DNA of 64,000 nucleotides from Protoeuglena noctilucae (lineage: Eukaryota). Below, piece after piece: positions 38,690 to 49,387 of this stretch. Below the pieces are notes generated by a model. That model saw only the letters and a program-made list of their open reading frames with translations, ran no database searches and had not been told where the DNA came from. Position numbers and translations under genes: made by a program. The stretch lies in NCBI GenBank assembly GCA_958009085.1, contig OY253678.1, positions 868,001 through 932,000 on the forward strand, given 5' to 3'. Every line of letters starts with the position of its first letter. The stretch's first letter is position 1.

Positions 38690-40000
38690 TCACATCCGTG
38701 CGCGCTCTGCCCCGTCGTCCTCCACCCGCGGCTGCTCCTTGCGTTTCTGCGATATCGGAGCCGCATAAACTTCGTGTCGCCCATGCGCACGCCAAAGGCC
38801 TTGTCAAGCCGTGGCTCGGCACGGGCCGCCAAGCCCTCGCCTTGCCGCTCCCCAGGCGCTCGAACACTGCCCGCAGCGACGCAATAGCCGCCGGCTGGGA
38901 GAGCTGGTCCCACCCAAAGTCCGCCTCCGCTTCGGCAAAGTCGCGCCACGCCGCCCCGAAGTCCGCCCGCATTAGGTGCTTGGTCGCTCGGCGGCCCTGG
39001 TCGGGGTGCCGCAAGAGATCGCGCACACGCCGCTCCGCCTCCGCCACCACGAGCGCACAGGGCACCGCCGCTTGAGCCATGCCCAGCTCCAGGCAGCGGT
39101 GTGCGGGAGCCATGGTCCCGGAGAGGCACATGTCGGACGCGGGGCCCTCCCCGACGACGCGCGCCATCAGCGCGGACCAGTATTTGGGCACCGGAATCCC
39201 CAGCGCGACCTCATTGAGGCCGCAGCTCGTCACGTCTGCAGGCGAAGGGGCGAACGGCATCCAAAGAGCGGGTCTTGGCGGGTCGCTGGGGCAGGGACGG
39301 CTATGGCGCAACAAAGAGACGCGGCCCGCACCCGAGATGACGCGCACGTCGCTGCAGAGAAGCACCGCCGTTCCTCCCGCGGGGCAGAACCCACGGGCGG
39401 CTGTGGCGGTGACCAGCGGCGAAGTATAGAGGCGGGAGAGGAACGTGGTGAGGATGACCCAGAATTCCTGCGTTTGGGGGACGGCAGGGACCGTGAGGGG
39501 CCGCGGGGACGCGGCGGCAGGGCGGTCCGCGTCTGCCACGCACCTTGTAGCGCTCTCGCGTCGTCAGGGGCGCGTAGAGCTCTGTGAGGTCGTTGCCCGC
39601 CATGAAAACGTCCTTCTGCACGCGTGGGACGCGAGAAACCCGTTCCGGCGCCGCTCGCTCGGCGCGGAGGGGGCTAACAGCGGCAGGCGGGGCGCGTCGC
39701 GGGGAGGAGCCGCCGGGGAGCGCAGCGGAGCGTCGCTGCGGGACAAGCAGGGTGTGCACGGCATCGCGTCGAAAGGGCGCCCTCGGAGGGCGAGCGCACC
39801 TTCACGCCGGAAGCGATAACCAGAGCACGCGTCCCCGGCTCTTGCTCGCAGGCCTCCAGCGCCGACAGCATGCCCTCCCAGAGCGATCGGTCCATGGAGT
39901 TGACAGGCTCGCGCTGGATCCACATGATGGCGCAGCCATCGCCTCGGTGCTCGAGCGAGACATGGTCGCTCACGCGCCTCGAGCCCGTCGGGGCGCTCAT
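38690..40000 (-). CDS. Enoyl-CoA delta isomerase (crotonase superfamily), probably peroxisomal
   Basis: Contains REPVNSMD, VFMAGNDLTELY, LSRLYTSPLVT, GFCPAGG and GLNEVALGIPVP. The predicted last exon is KRKEQPRVEDDGAERARM*. Confidence 0.87.
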
Positions 40001-41140
40001 CACACAGGCACAGGCGCCCTCGGCGAAGGTATCGACAGGGGATAGGGTCGCACGAAATCCTCGCGGAACTGCGGCCCCTCGGGTTCGTTCTGCAAAAAGT
40101 GCACAGGCCAGTCAGACTGGGGCACTCTCAGCGTCGGAGGCGGTGAAGGAGCCGTTTGATTGCATGACATGACGACAACTCGCGCAGTCAAAGGGTCAGT
40201 CAACGTCTCCGGGAGGCAAATCTCGCTGTCAGGATTCGCTTTTCGCTGCAACCAGCCTTCAGGGGGGCGCTGGCCTCGCTGAGATTTTATTCCTCTCGAT
40301 AGCTTCCACAAGCATGAGGGAACTGGCTCGGCTGAAGCTCTGAGAAACGAAAACGCCCCTTTCAGGTGAAAACGGGGCTCCGGAACGCTCACCACGCGCT
40401 CGATTCCCGCCTTCTGCTGTATCATCGCACGCGCCGGTGGCTTACGGCGGTGAAGTCGACCCGGGGCTTCAGGAAGCCCGCTCTCCCATTCCCCGGCCTC
40501 TCCGTCGCGGAAACGTTTCGGAGGGTGTCGTTTTCGGCTCTCGTATCCCGTTTGCTCCGTCGCGGGGCCTCTCCGCCCTCCCCCGGCCCAGCGCGGCGCT
40601 GCCTTGCGCATACATTTTGTCTTCTCGCGCTCTGGGGGACGCGGAGGGCACGGCCGGGGCCGATTGGCTTCATCGGAAGCGTTCTTCGTCGCGCGTGTCG
40701 CGCGGTGGCGGCCTCGCGCTCGGTCAGCGCGTCCCCGCGCCAACGACCTGTTCGGCACCCGCCCCGCCGCGCGCCCGCGAATATTCGCCGCGGGAGGGCC
40801 GCCGCGCTGTCGCTTGGCGTCCCGTCATTTCACAACTCCGCCCTGCACCCCGGCCGCGCCGCAGTGTTTTCGCGGGAGGGGTACCCAACTGCGCGCCGAC
40901 CCATCTGACGTCCGGACCGCCCCGCGCGACCCCCCGCCCGCCCCGGCTGCGGCGGCGCGGCTATTCCGGACGCTCGCTACCCGCGCCGCGGTTAGCGCCC
41001 AGAGGAGCACGGGAGGGAGCGAGAGGTGCGCGTGGCCCCTCGTCGCCTTGCCCGCCGCCGCCGGCCGGCCTCGTGCCCCCCTCCGGCCGGCCCCCCGGTC
41101 GTCGTTCGCGACTTGTTTCATTTCCTGCCCGCGCCGCAGG

Positions 41141-44100
41141 ATGATTCGCGACCCGGTGGTGGACGCTTCCTCGGCCCCTGGCATGCGTTTCAGCTTGGGC
41201 CGCCTCCGCAGCTGGCTGCCGCAGTCCCTCGTGGGCAGGGTCATCAAGCCCAACCCGGACGCGCGCTCGCGGGACGCGGACGGCAACGGGGACGAGGACA
41301 GCATGTCGGTCGACCTCTCACGTGAGACGTGCCGCGCATCGTCGCGTGCCTGCCCATGCCAATGGCCACCATTGCCATCCCCACCGGCCTGGAGGCGTCA
41401 CGAGCAATGCGAATTCTGCTACCTTTCCTCTGTAGAGTCTGTCTTGCTCTTGCAAATGCCCCGCCTCGCTCTCTCAGCTCTTTGACCTCCTGCTCCTGCT
41501 CCCGCTCCCCTCCCCAGACGGCCCCAACGCCCCGCCCCGCCCCGCCCAGCCCTCGGAGTCCCCCCAGGGCCCCAAGGACGGCAGCGCGGTGTCGAGCCAG
41601 ACGGCGGGGTGGACGGTTTCCAGCGTCGCCTACACCCCCACGTCTGGCGTGGACATGCTTCGTGCTACGGCGTACGCGCCAGTGAACGAGCTCTCCTCGA
41701 AGTCCAAGCCGTCGCTGGAGTACCAGCCCCCGCCGGGCGCGGCGCTGGCGTGCGCCCCGCAGGACAAGGCTCCGTCGAACGAACACTCGCCCGTGCTGCA
41801 GATGGTGGGGGCGGCGGTCGACATCCCCCGCAAGGTCCCGTGGCCCTGCGTGTCGACGCGGTGCCCCCCTGCGATGCGCGACGCGCCCGTGGCGTGGACG
41901 GCGGCCCGCATCCGCCGCCTGTTCCCAATCGGCAAGGGCTTCATGTCTGAGGTGTACCACGCAGTCGACACGGCCTCGGGGACGCAGGTGGCGCTCAAGG
42001 TGTACGACAAGTCCAAGGTGAGACTGGAGGGGTGGTGCTCCCGCCAGCAGAGCAGCGTCTTGTTCTTTCCGCATACGCACCCCGCCCACCCACACGCAGC
42101 CCCACACCCCCACCGCCACCCCCACTGCCACCCCCACCCACCCACACCCCCACCCCCTCCCTCACCCTAGATGCACCGCCGCGACGTCGACCAGGTGGAG
42201 GAAGAGGTGGCCATCCACATCCACCTCACGCACCCCAACATCCTGGGCCTCTACGCGGCCTTCGCGGACGCCCAGCACCTCTTCATCGTGCTGGAGCTCG
42301 CGTCCGGGGATGATTTGTACAAGCGCATGTCGCGCATCCCCGTCTCGGAGCCGCTCATCACAAGGAGGTTCCTGCAGCCCATCCTGTCGGCGCTGGAGCA
42401 CTGCCACGCACGGGGCATACTGCACAGGTGAGGGAGAGGGTGGCAGTGAGTGAGTAGATGGGTTGCCCGCCGGTTGTCCTTTGCATACATTCCATGTGCT
42501 TCGTAACGCCCTCGCACCCGCCCCCCACCCGCACCCACCCTAATACCCCCCCCATCCCCCATCCCCCCAGGGACCTGAAGCCCGAGAACGTGTTGATGAT
42601 GGAGGACCAGACGTGCAAGCTGTGCGACTTCGGCTTCTCGATCAACACGGGCGTGCGTCGCCCCGTGTCGCGGCTGGGCACGCTCGACTTCATGGCCCCG
42701 GAGATCGTCATGGCGGGGAGGAAGGCGAGTGATGGTAGTGATTATTGATGGTTGATATGCGAGATGGACAGGATTAGAGGGATGTGACGGTGGCAATCAC
42801 CCACCTCCCTGCACCCACTAACACCACCCCACCCCTCACCCCACCCCCACCCCACCACCCCCCACACCCCTCCCACCACTCTTCCTTCACCCCACCTCAC
42901 CCCCCCAGCACCCCACCTCACCCCACCCCCACCCCACCTCTCACCCAGCACCTGGACGGCGTGAAGGACGAGGTGCACAACGACGCCGACAACTACGTCC
43001 CCAAGAGCGACCGCCCGTCGTACACCTCCGCCGTGGACGTGTGGGCGCTGGGGGGCGTGCTGTACGAGCTACTGGTGCGCGTCACCCCTTTCGCGTCTCA
43101 ATCCAAGAACCGCACCATGCGCAAGATATGCGGGGGGGAGCTGGTCATACCCGACACGCTGTCTCCGGAAGCGGCGGACTTCGTCAGGCAGTGCCTGAGG
43201 GTGGACCCGGCGGAAAGGCCCTCGTGCTCCCAGCTGCTCGCGCACCCGCTCGTCGCCAAGCACTGCCCGGAGGTGGCGGCGGCGGCGAGGGAGAAGCTCG
43301 CCATGGTGAGGGACGGGAGATGGGAGATGAGGGATGAGTAGATTGAAGAGGTGTGGTGATTGGGTGAAGCGTGTATATGTGATGGGAGATGAGAGGTGAG
43401 TGGCGGCGGCTGTTGGGGAGAACTTGCCATGCTGAGGGACGGGAGATGGGGGTGGGATGGATTGAGTAGGTGTGATGAGATATGAGTTGGGGTGAAGCGA
43501 GTAGTGAGGTGATAAGGTGTAAGCGTAGTTGTCAGTAAGCCTATCCAGTCCCACTCCCGCCATCAGCTCACCCTCACCCTCACCCCCACACCGCCCACCC
43601 ACCCCCCACACCCAACACCCCACCCCCCACCCACAGGACGCCCTCTCCGGCCCCATGTCCTGGGCAGTCTCCGCGTCGAGCAGCGGACCCACCAGCAGCG
43701 GAGTGAGCGCCGCCCACGGCCCCACCCACGCCGTCCGCCCCACCGCCCCCGCCCCCGCCCCCGCCCTCCAGCACGCCCCCACCTGGGCCCCGCGCCTCGT
43801 CAATGCCCCAGGCAGCTTCCCCGCCCCCGCCCCGCCCTCCCCCGCCGCCCACTCGCTCCACCAGCGTCCCCCGCCCCCGCTGCTACCCACCATCGAACCT
43901 CGCAGTCCGGTGGCGTCGCTGGGGGGCTCCAAGTGCCTCTCCCCCGTCGCCCCGCCTCCCCGGCAGTGGGGCCGCGCCGCCACGCGATCGATGGCGCCGT
44001 CTGAGGTGATGGGGGACGTGCCGGCGTCGCCTGTGGGCGTCAGCAGCGGCAACGGGGGCGGCTTTGGGGCGGCCCACGCCGACGAAGTTGGGGGGTTCCC

Positions 44101-44552
44101 GGCCGCCGCCCTCGTCTCGCCCACCAAGGTCAGTCTGGGCTGCAGTAGTGGTGTGTCATGATGTCATGGCAAGCTCCAATCTGTGCCTGGTCGTGGTTGT
44201 GTGACTCGTCTTGGTCGCCCCTCACGCCCACCTCTTCACAGCCCCCATCACCACCGCTCACCCCTCTGCAACCCCCACACCCCACCCCCACCCCCACCCC
44301 ACCCCCCAGGTCATGCGCGGCTGGGACGGCCCCGGTGCCCCGGTCCAGAAGCGCCACTCCATCGAGGGCATTCGGCGCGCGCAGGGCGCCCTGCAGCCTC
44401 TTTCCGAAGAAGATAACGCCGCTGCCGTGGCGGCCGCCCTGGGGTTCACACCCGGGATGGGGGGCGGGGTGGCGGTGGGGGCGTCTCGGCCCATCGTGCG
44501 CACGCAGAAGCGGCGGTCGCAGGACGTGCCATCCATGGGGCCCATCATATGA
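41141..44552 (+). CDS. Aurora-like Ser/Thr protein kinase
   Basis: Contains IGKGFMSEVY, VALKVYDK, EEEVAIHIHLTHPNILGLYAAF, HR|DLKPEN, DFG, RLGTLDFMAPE and VDVWALG. Low-complexity N- and C-terminal extensions. Confidence 0.88.
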
Positions 44553-45607
44553 GCGAAGGGCTCATTACCTGGGCTTGGGGCACGTTACATGGGCTTTGGG
44601 CTCGCTGGGCCCATCACTTGAGCAGAGATGTGGTACGACACGCACGGCGCATGATGGGATGGGCGAGGCTCCTCACCACCTGTCAACGCCGAGCGACGTC
44701 AGGTGCCCGCCTCGGCCCTCATGCCCCTCGTGCCATGCAACGCCCCCCAGTCAGCTCTGCTCTGCGCTCTGGGCACCAATACCCCGCCCCCAGCAACCCC
44801 TTAGCACCCCACACACATCAACGCCCCTAGGGGTCATACCCACCCACCCCCGCGCATGCCATGCTACCCCAGGCACCTGGCAGGCCCGCGAGCCGCGCCG
44901 TTACGTGCCCCGGCCGCCGCCTTGCCCGATTTTGCCCTACCTTGTCTATGCCAGAAAGTGCCAGAAGCTACTGGGCTCCCCACGCCCAGCCGCCACGCGC
45001 CCGGTGCCTGACTCAACCAGAAGCGCTTTGTTTTACTGGCTTTGTTCAAACCGGGGATGGTGGATGTGGGCTTTCTGGTCGAAGGGCGCTGCGCGCTCTC
45101 CTGCGCCCTCTCACGCCGGCTGCCACATGCCGCCTGCCGCCCGCGCTGCCCTGCACCGTGGTTCTCTTACCACAGCCGCCCGGCAGGGGTTGGTTGTGCA
45201 ATGCAATGCAACCCCATCCCCATTCTGCCGGAGTGGCTTGGCAGGCGCGACTGCGTGTGCGTCAGCTAAGGCCCGTCCCACCGCCCCACCCACCCCGGGC
45301 CCACCTATCCCGCCCTTTGCTGGCACCCCCGACCGCCAACTACGGAGTCCATCCCAAGTGCCTTCCCCATTGCGCCGTATGAAACATGGACTATGAATGA
45401 TGGACTTAGAAAGCAAACATAGAAGCGACTCTTTTGACTACCCATGGCAGTGCTACCTGAAAGGCAGGGTACTGCGTTGCTGCGTCGCTGGCCGTGGCTC
45501 TGTCAAGGGCGTATCCTCTCTGTTCCGTGCCCCCACGGGCCCTGTCCTGACTGGCGGTCACGCGTTTGAAACGAGTGCAGCGGTGTCGGTGTCAGAGAAG
45601 CAAGGGT

Positions 45608-45708
45608 GCTGTGCAGAGGAGCATGGGCGCTGTGCAGACAAGCATGGGCGCTGTGCAGCTGTGCAGACAAGCATGGGCGCTGTGCAGCTGTGCAGACAAG
45701 CATGGGCG
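45608..45708. repeat. Short tandem repeat (CTGTGCAGACAAGCATGGGCG, about 4 copies)
   Basis: Directly visible 21/29-bp periodicity in intergenic DNA. Confidence 0.85.
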
Positions 45709-46044
45709 ATGTCAAACAATCATTGGCTTCACAACAGCTAGTGCCGTCATACAATTGCATCTAAATCGAATTTGAAGCAGCGGATGTAGGTAACGAGGTG
45801 AGGTGAGCGTGTCTGCACTGTCCACACAAGGCCGGTACATGCCACAGCGACCTCCACGCAACATGAAACACACGGCAGCGCCTCCCTTGCCATCCTTGAT
45901 ATCGGCCGGCACATCACTGCTGCGGGGACGGACGCGGGACGCCTCAGGGCACGCGGCTGCGCCCCTGCCCACCACAGCGCAGGTGAGGATGGTGACGCAC
46001 ACCGTCGCATCTCGGGCTCACCTCGAGGCGCCAAGGGTCCCCGC

Positions 46045-48462
46045 TCAACAACGAAAAGTAGATCCTTTCTTGCACCCCGACACTGTGCAGTCGCCATGTT
46101 TGAGAGTGCTTCTGCCGTAGTGACAAAGGCCGTATTGCTTGCAGTCGGTGATCTCCACGCCCACTACCTCTGCCTGACCGCCCTCTAGGCAGCACACCCC
46201 GTGCAACTCCTTGGAACCCCTGATGCGGCCCCCATGCATCACCACCCTGCTGCCCTGGTCGCAGATTAACACACCGCTCTGCTTGAAGTCAGCGATCTCC
46301 ACGTCCGGCACCTCTGCCTGCCCCCCCCTTTCGCAGCCCACCCCGTCACCATCTTTTACCCCAGTAATACGCCCTCCCTGCACCAAAGCCCTGCTACCCT
46401 CGCCATCGCAAAATACACCGCACTGCTTGCAGTCAGTAATCTCAACGCCCACCACCTCCACCTGCCCGCTATCTGAGCAGCATACCCCGTACAACTCCTC
46501 AGACCCCGTAATGCGCCCTCCCTGCGCCACCACCCTGCTACCCACACAAATGCAGAGCACTCCGCAATCCTTGCAGTCAGTGATCTCCACATCCCGCACC
46601 TCTGCCTGCCCGCCATCTTGGCTCTGCATCCCATTGCCGTCTTTACACCCCGTGATACACCCTCCCTGCACCACCACCCTGCTACCCTTGCCATCGCAAA
46701 ACACGCCATTCTCCTTGCAGTCGGCAATTTCCACATCCCGCACCTCTGCCTGCCCGCCCCCTTCACAGCCCACCCCGTCACTATCTATTGGCCCCGTGAT
46801 ACTCCCTCCCTGCACCAAAGCCCTACTACCCTCACCATTGCAGAATACACCGCACTGGTTGCAGTCGGCGATCTCCACACCCACTACCTCTGCCTGACCC
46901 CCCTCTACGCAGCATACGCCGTGCGACTCCTTGGACCCCGTAATATGCCCCCCATGCACCACCACCTTGCTACCCTGGTCACCACTAAGCACTCCGCACA
47001 GGTTGCAGTCGGCGATCTCCACGTTAACCAACTCTGTCTGCCCGCCCTCGCAGCACCACACCCCGTGCCCCTCTTTCAACCCTGAAATGCGCCCCCCCTG
47101 CACCACCACACGGCTATCCACACTGTCGCTGATCACTCCGCACCGCTTGCAGTCAGTGATCTCCACGTCCCGCAATTCTGCATGCCCGCCTATTTGACAG
47201 CACACTCCATCATAGTCTTTGGACCCTGTAATGCGGCCACCCAGCACCACCACCCTGCCGCCTGTGGTGCTGACAACCCCGCTATGCCTGCAATCTGAGA
47301 TCTCCAAATCTCGCACCTCTGCCTGCCCGCCTATTTGACAGCACACCCCGTGCCCCTCTTTCAACCCTGAAATGCGCCCCCCCTGCACCACCACACGGCT
47401 ATCCACACTGTCGCTGATCACTCCGCACCGCTTGCAGTCAGTGATCTCCACGTCCCGCAATTCTGCATGCCCGCCTATTTGACAGCACACTCCATCATAG
47501 TCTTTGGACCCTGTAATGCGGCCACCCAGCACCACCACCCTGCCGCCTGTGGTGCTGACAACCCCGCTATGCCTGCAATCTGAGATCTCCAAATCTCGCA
47601 CCTCTGCCTGCCCGCCTATTTGACAGCACACCCCGTGCAACTCCTTGGACCCCGTGATGCGGCCCCCACGCACCACAGCCCTGCTACCCTTGCCGTCGCA
47701 GAGGACTCCGCTCTGCTTGCAGTCGGCAATCTCCACACCCACCACCTCTACCTGCCCGCTATCTGAGCAGCACACCCCGTGCAACTTCTTAACTCCCGTA
47801 ATACAACCCCCTTCCAAATTCACCTTGCTCTCGCGACCCATACACCACACCCCAATAACAGGCGCGTCTGCCACATTCGTGTCCACCAGCGTCACTCGCC
47901 CACCCCCCTCGCACTGCAGCCCTGTCCCCACCACCCGCACCCCTTCCATCCGCAGCTCCCCGCCCTCAGTGACCCTCAATGCGTACCCATTACCCAGCTT
48001 GGCATCCCGCAGCCGCAGCGTCCCGTTGCGGATCGTCACCGCCACCCCAGCCCCCGCCACCACCACCTCGCATTCAAGCTCCACCTCCCTGCCCCCCAGG
48101 TCCACCACCCCGGCCCTCCTCGCCACCTCTGCCACCTCCTCCCCCGTCGTCGCAACCAACACCTCTGCCGCCGCCGCATCTGCCCCGCTCCCCGCTGTCC
48201 CGCCCTGCCCCCGCCCCGCTGCGCCCGCCTCCGCCTCCACGTCCGCCCACGCCAGCCCTGCCCCCCGCATCTCTGGCAACCCCACCACCGCCTCCCACGC
48301 CGCCCGCCTCCGCACCTCGCTCGGCTGCCCCAGCACGTACAGCAGCGCGACCCACTCCTCGTCCGTCCGCTCCGCACCCCGACCCGCCGCCTCCGCCCCG
48401 CCCTCGCCCGCCCCCGCCTGCTGCGGCCCAGCCCCGCCTTTCGCCCGTTGCCCCCTCTCCAT
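46045..48462 (-). CDS. Intronless right-handed beta-helix repeat protein, long copy (11 internal 47-48-aa units plus capping units)
   Basis: Uninterrupted ORF of about 805 aa from MERGQ..., built from the same Cys-rich GVxC...VEIxDC...GGRITG repeats as the 17264-18392 copy. Confidence 0.88.
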   Translation of the reverse strand: MERGQRAKGGAGPQQAGAGEGGAEAAGRGAERTDEEWVALLYVLGQPSEVRRRAAWEAVVGLPEMRGAGLAWADVEAEAGAAGRGQGGTAGSGADAAAAEVLVATTGEEVAEVARRAGVVDLGGREVELECEVVVAGAGVAVTIRNGTLRLRDAKLGNGYALRVTEGGELRMEGVRVVGTGLQCEGGGRVTLVDTNVADAPVIGVWCMGRESKVNLEGGCITGVKKLHGVCCSDSGQVEVVGVEIADCKQSGVLCDGKGSRAVVRGGRITGSKELHGVCCQIGGQAEVRDLEISDCRHSGVVSTTGGRVVVLGGRITGSKDYDGVCCQIGGHAELRDVEITDCKRCGVISDSVDSRVVVQGGRISGLKEGHGVCCQIGGQAEVRDLEISDCRHSGVVSTTGGRVVVLGGRITGSKDYDGVCCQIGGHAELRDVEITDCKRCGVISDSVDSRVVVQGGRISGLKEGHGVWCCEGGQTELVNVEIADCNLCGVLSGDQGSKVVVHGGHITGSKESHGVCCVEGGQAEVVGVEIADCNQCGVFCNGEGSRALVQGGSITGPIDSDGVGCEGGGQAEVRDVEIADCKENGVFCDGKGSRVVVQGGCITGCKDGNGMQSQDGGQAEVRDVEITDCKDCGVLCICVGSRVVAQGGRITGSEELYGVCCSDSGQVEVVGVEITDCKQCGVFCDGEGSRALVQGGRITGVKDGDGVGCERGGQAEVPDVEIADFKQSGVLICDQGSRVVMHGGRIRGSKELHGVCCLEGGQAEVVGVEITDCKQYGLCHYGRSTLKHGDCTVSGCKKGSTFRC

Positions 48463-49262
48463 GCTCCCGCCCCGACCCCTGCGCACAGCCACACCGCCGC
48501 AGCATCAGCACCGGACCTCCGCACCCGCTACGGTCGTCGCCCCAGTCAGGGCCCAAGACGCACAGCTGCACAGCCGCCCACGCAGAACTGCCCATCTCCA
48601 CCACCCGCCCCCTGCGCATCCGCCGCCCCCGCCGCCCCCTCGCCTGCGCCCTCTCATGACGTCTGGACGTCTGCGCACCCTCCGCCGACCTCGCACGCCG
48701 CGATCGGCTGCGGGGGCCCCGAAAGCACAGACGGTCATTGCAGCGCCGCTCGCACTCGCATGCGCTCGCCGGGGCATGCGTCTCGCTGCCGCAATCATCG
48801 CTCGGATGGCCACCGACATCGCTGCGACTCCTCGCGCGACGATGCGAGGCCTCGGGGGTCCCCACAGATCCCACTGCGCTCTCTCTGAAGTTGCTGCGAA
48901 AACGGAGGCCCGCCACGCGGCGCGCCGTCTCGCTATGCCCTGCAGCCTCACCACTCACCGATCAGAGCCACATCAAAGCAATTAAGACGACTCCAGACGG
49001 CCAAATCGCGCAGCTGCACCTGAGGGTGCAAGCCCGTTGCTGCCTGCCAACAAGACGTCCGCGGAGACGGACAGCATTCAATGGCCAGGCGCTAAGTGAA
49101 CCGAGCTGGCTTGTGCGGATACCGGAGGGGCACCGCGCAGAGAGCGCCAGAGGCCCGAAAAAGAGGCCCGAAATGACCTATGGCAGCTAGGTCATGCCTG
49201 GATACACCGCAGGCCTCTGTGCAAGCCCCTGCGGCCGCTGATCCGCGTTGAGGTGTCGCAGC
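48010..49262. repeat. Direct segmental duplication, copy B
   Basis: Partner of 17940-19160; 48451-49091 reads identically to 18381-19021. Confidence 0.92.
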
Positions 49263-49387
49263 GATGCTTCGTGTCCCCATGCGTTTTCACATCCCCGCTC
49301 ATCTCACGCCCCCTCACTGCAGCGACACTGTCAGCTACGCGGCGCCCTCGCCCCCAGCTATGCAGCGCCCACTTTGCCCACGCCCCC

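Noticed and set aside
45608..45708. Possible CRISPR-like array
   Set aside because: Head-to-tail tandem units without unique spacers, a eukaryotic context and no cas genes.
46045..48462. Diversity-generating retroelement explanation for the repeat variability
   Set aside because: There is no reverse transcriptase in the window and the differences are not adenine-specific.
17940..49262. Direct repeats as LTRs or ends of a 30-kb mobile element
   Set aside because: The interval holds ordinary housekeeping genes, I see no RT, integrase or transposase, and the repeat edges fade gradually with no evident TSD.
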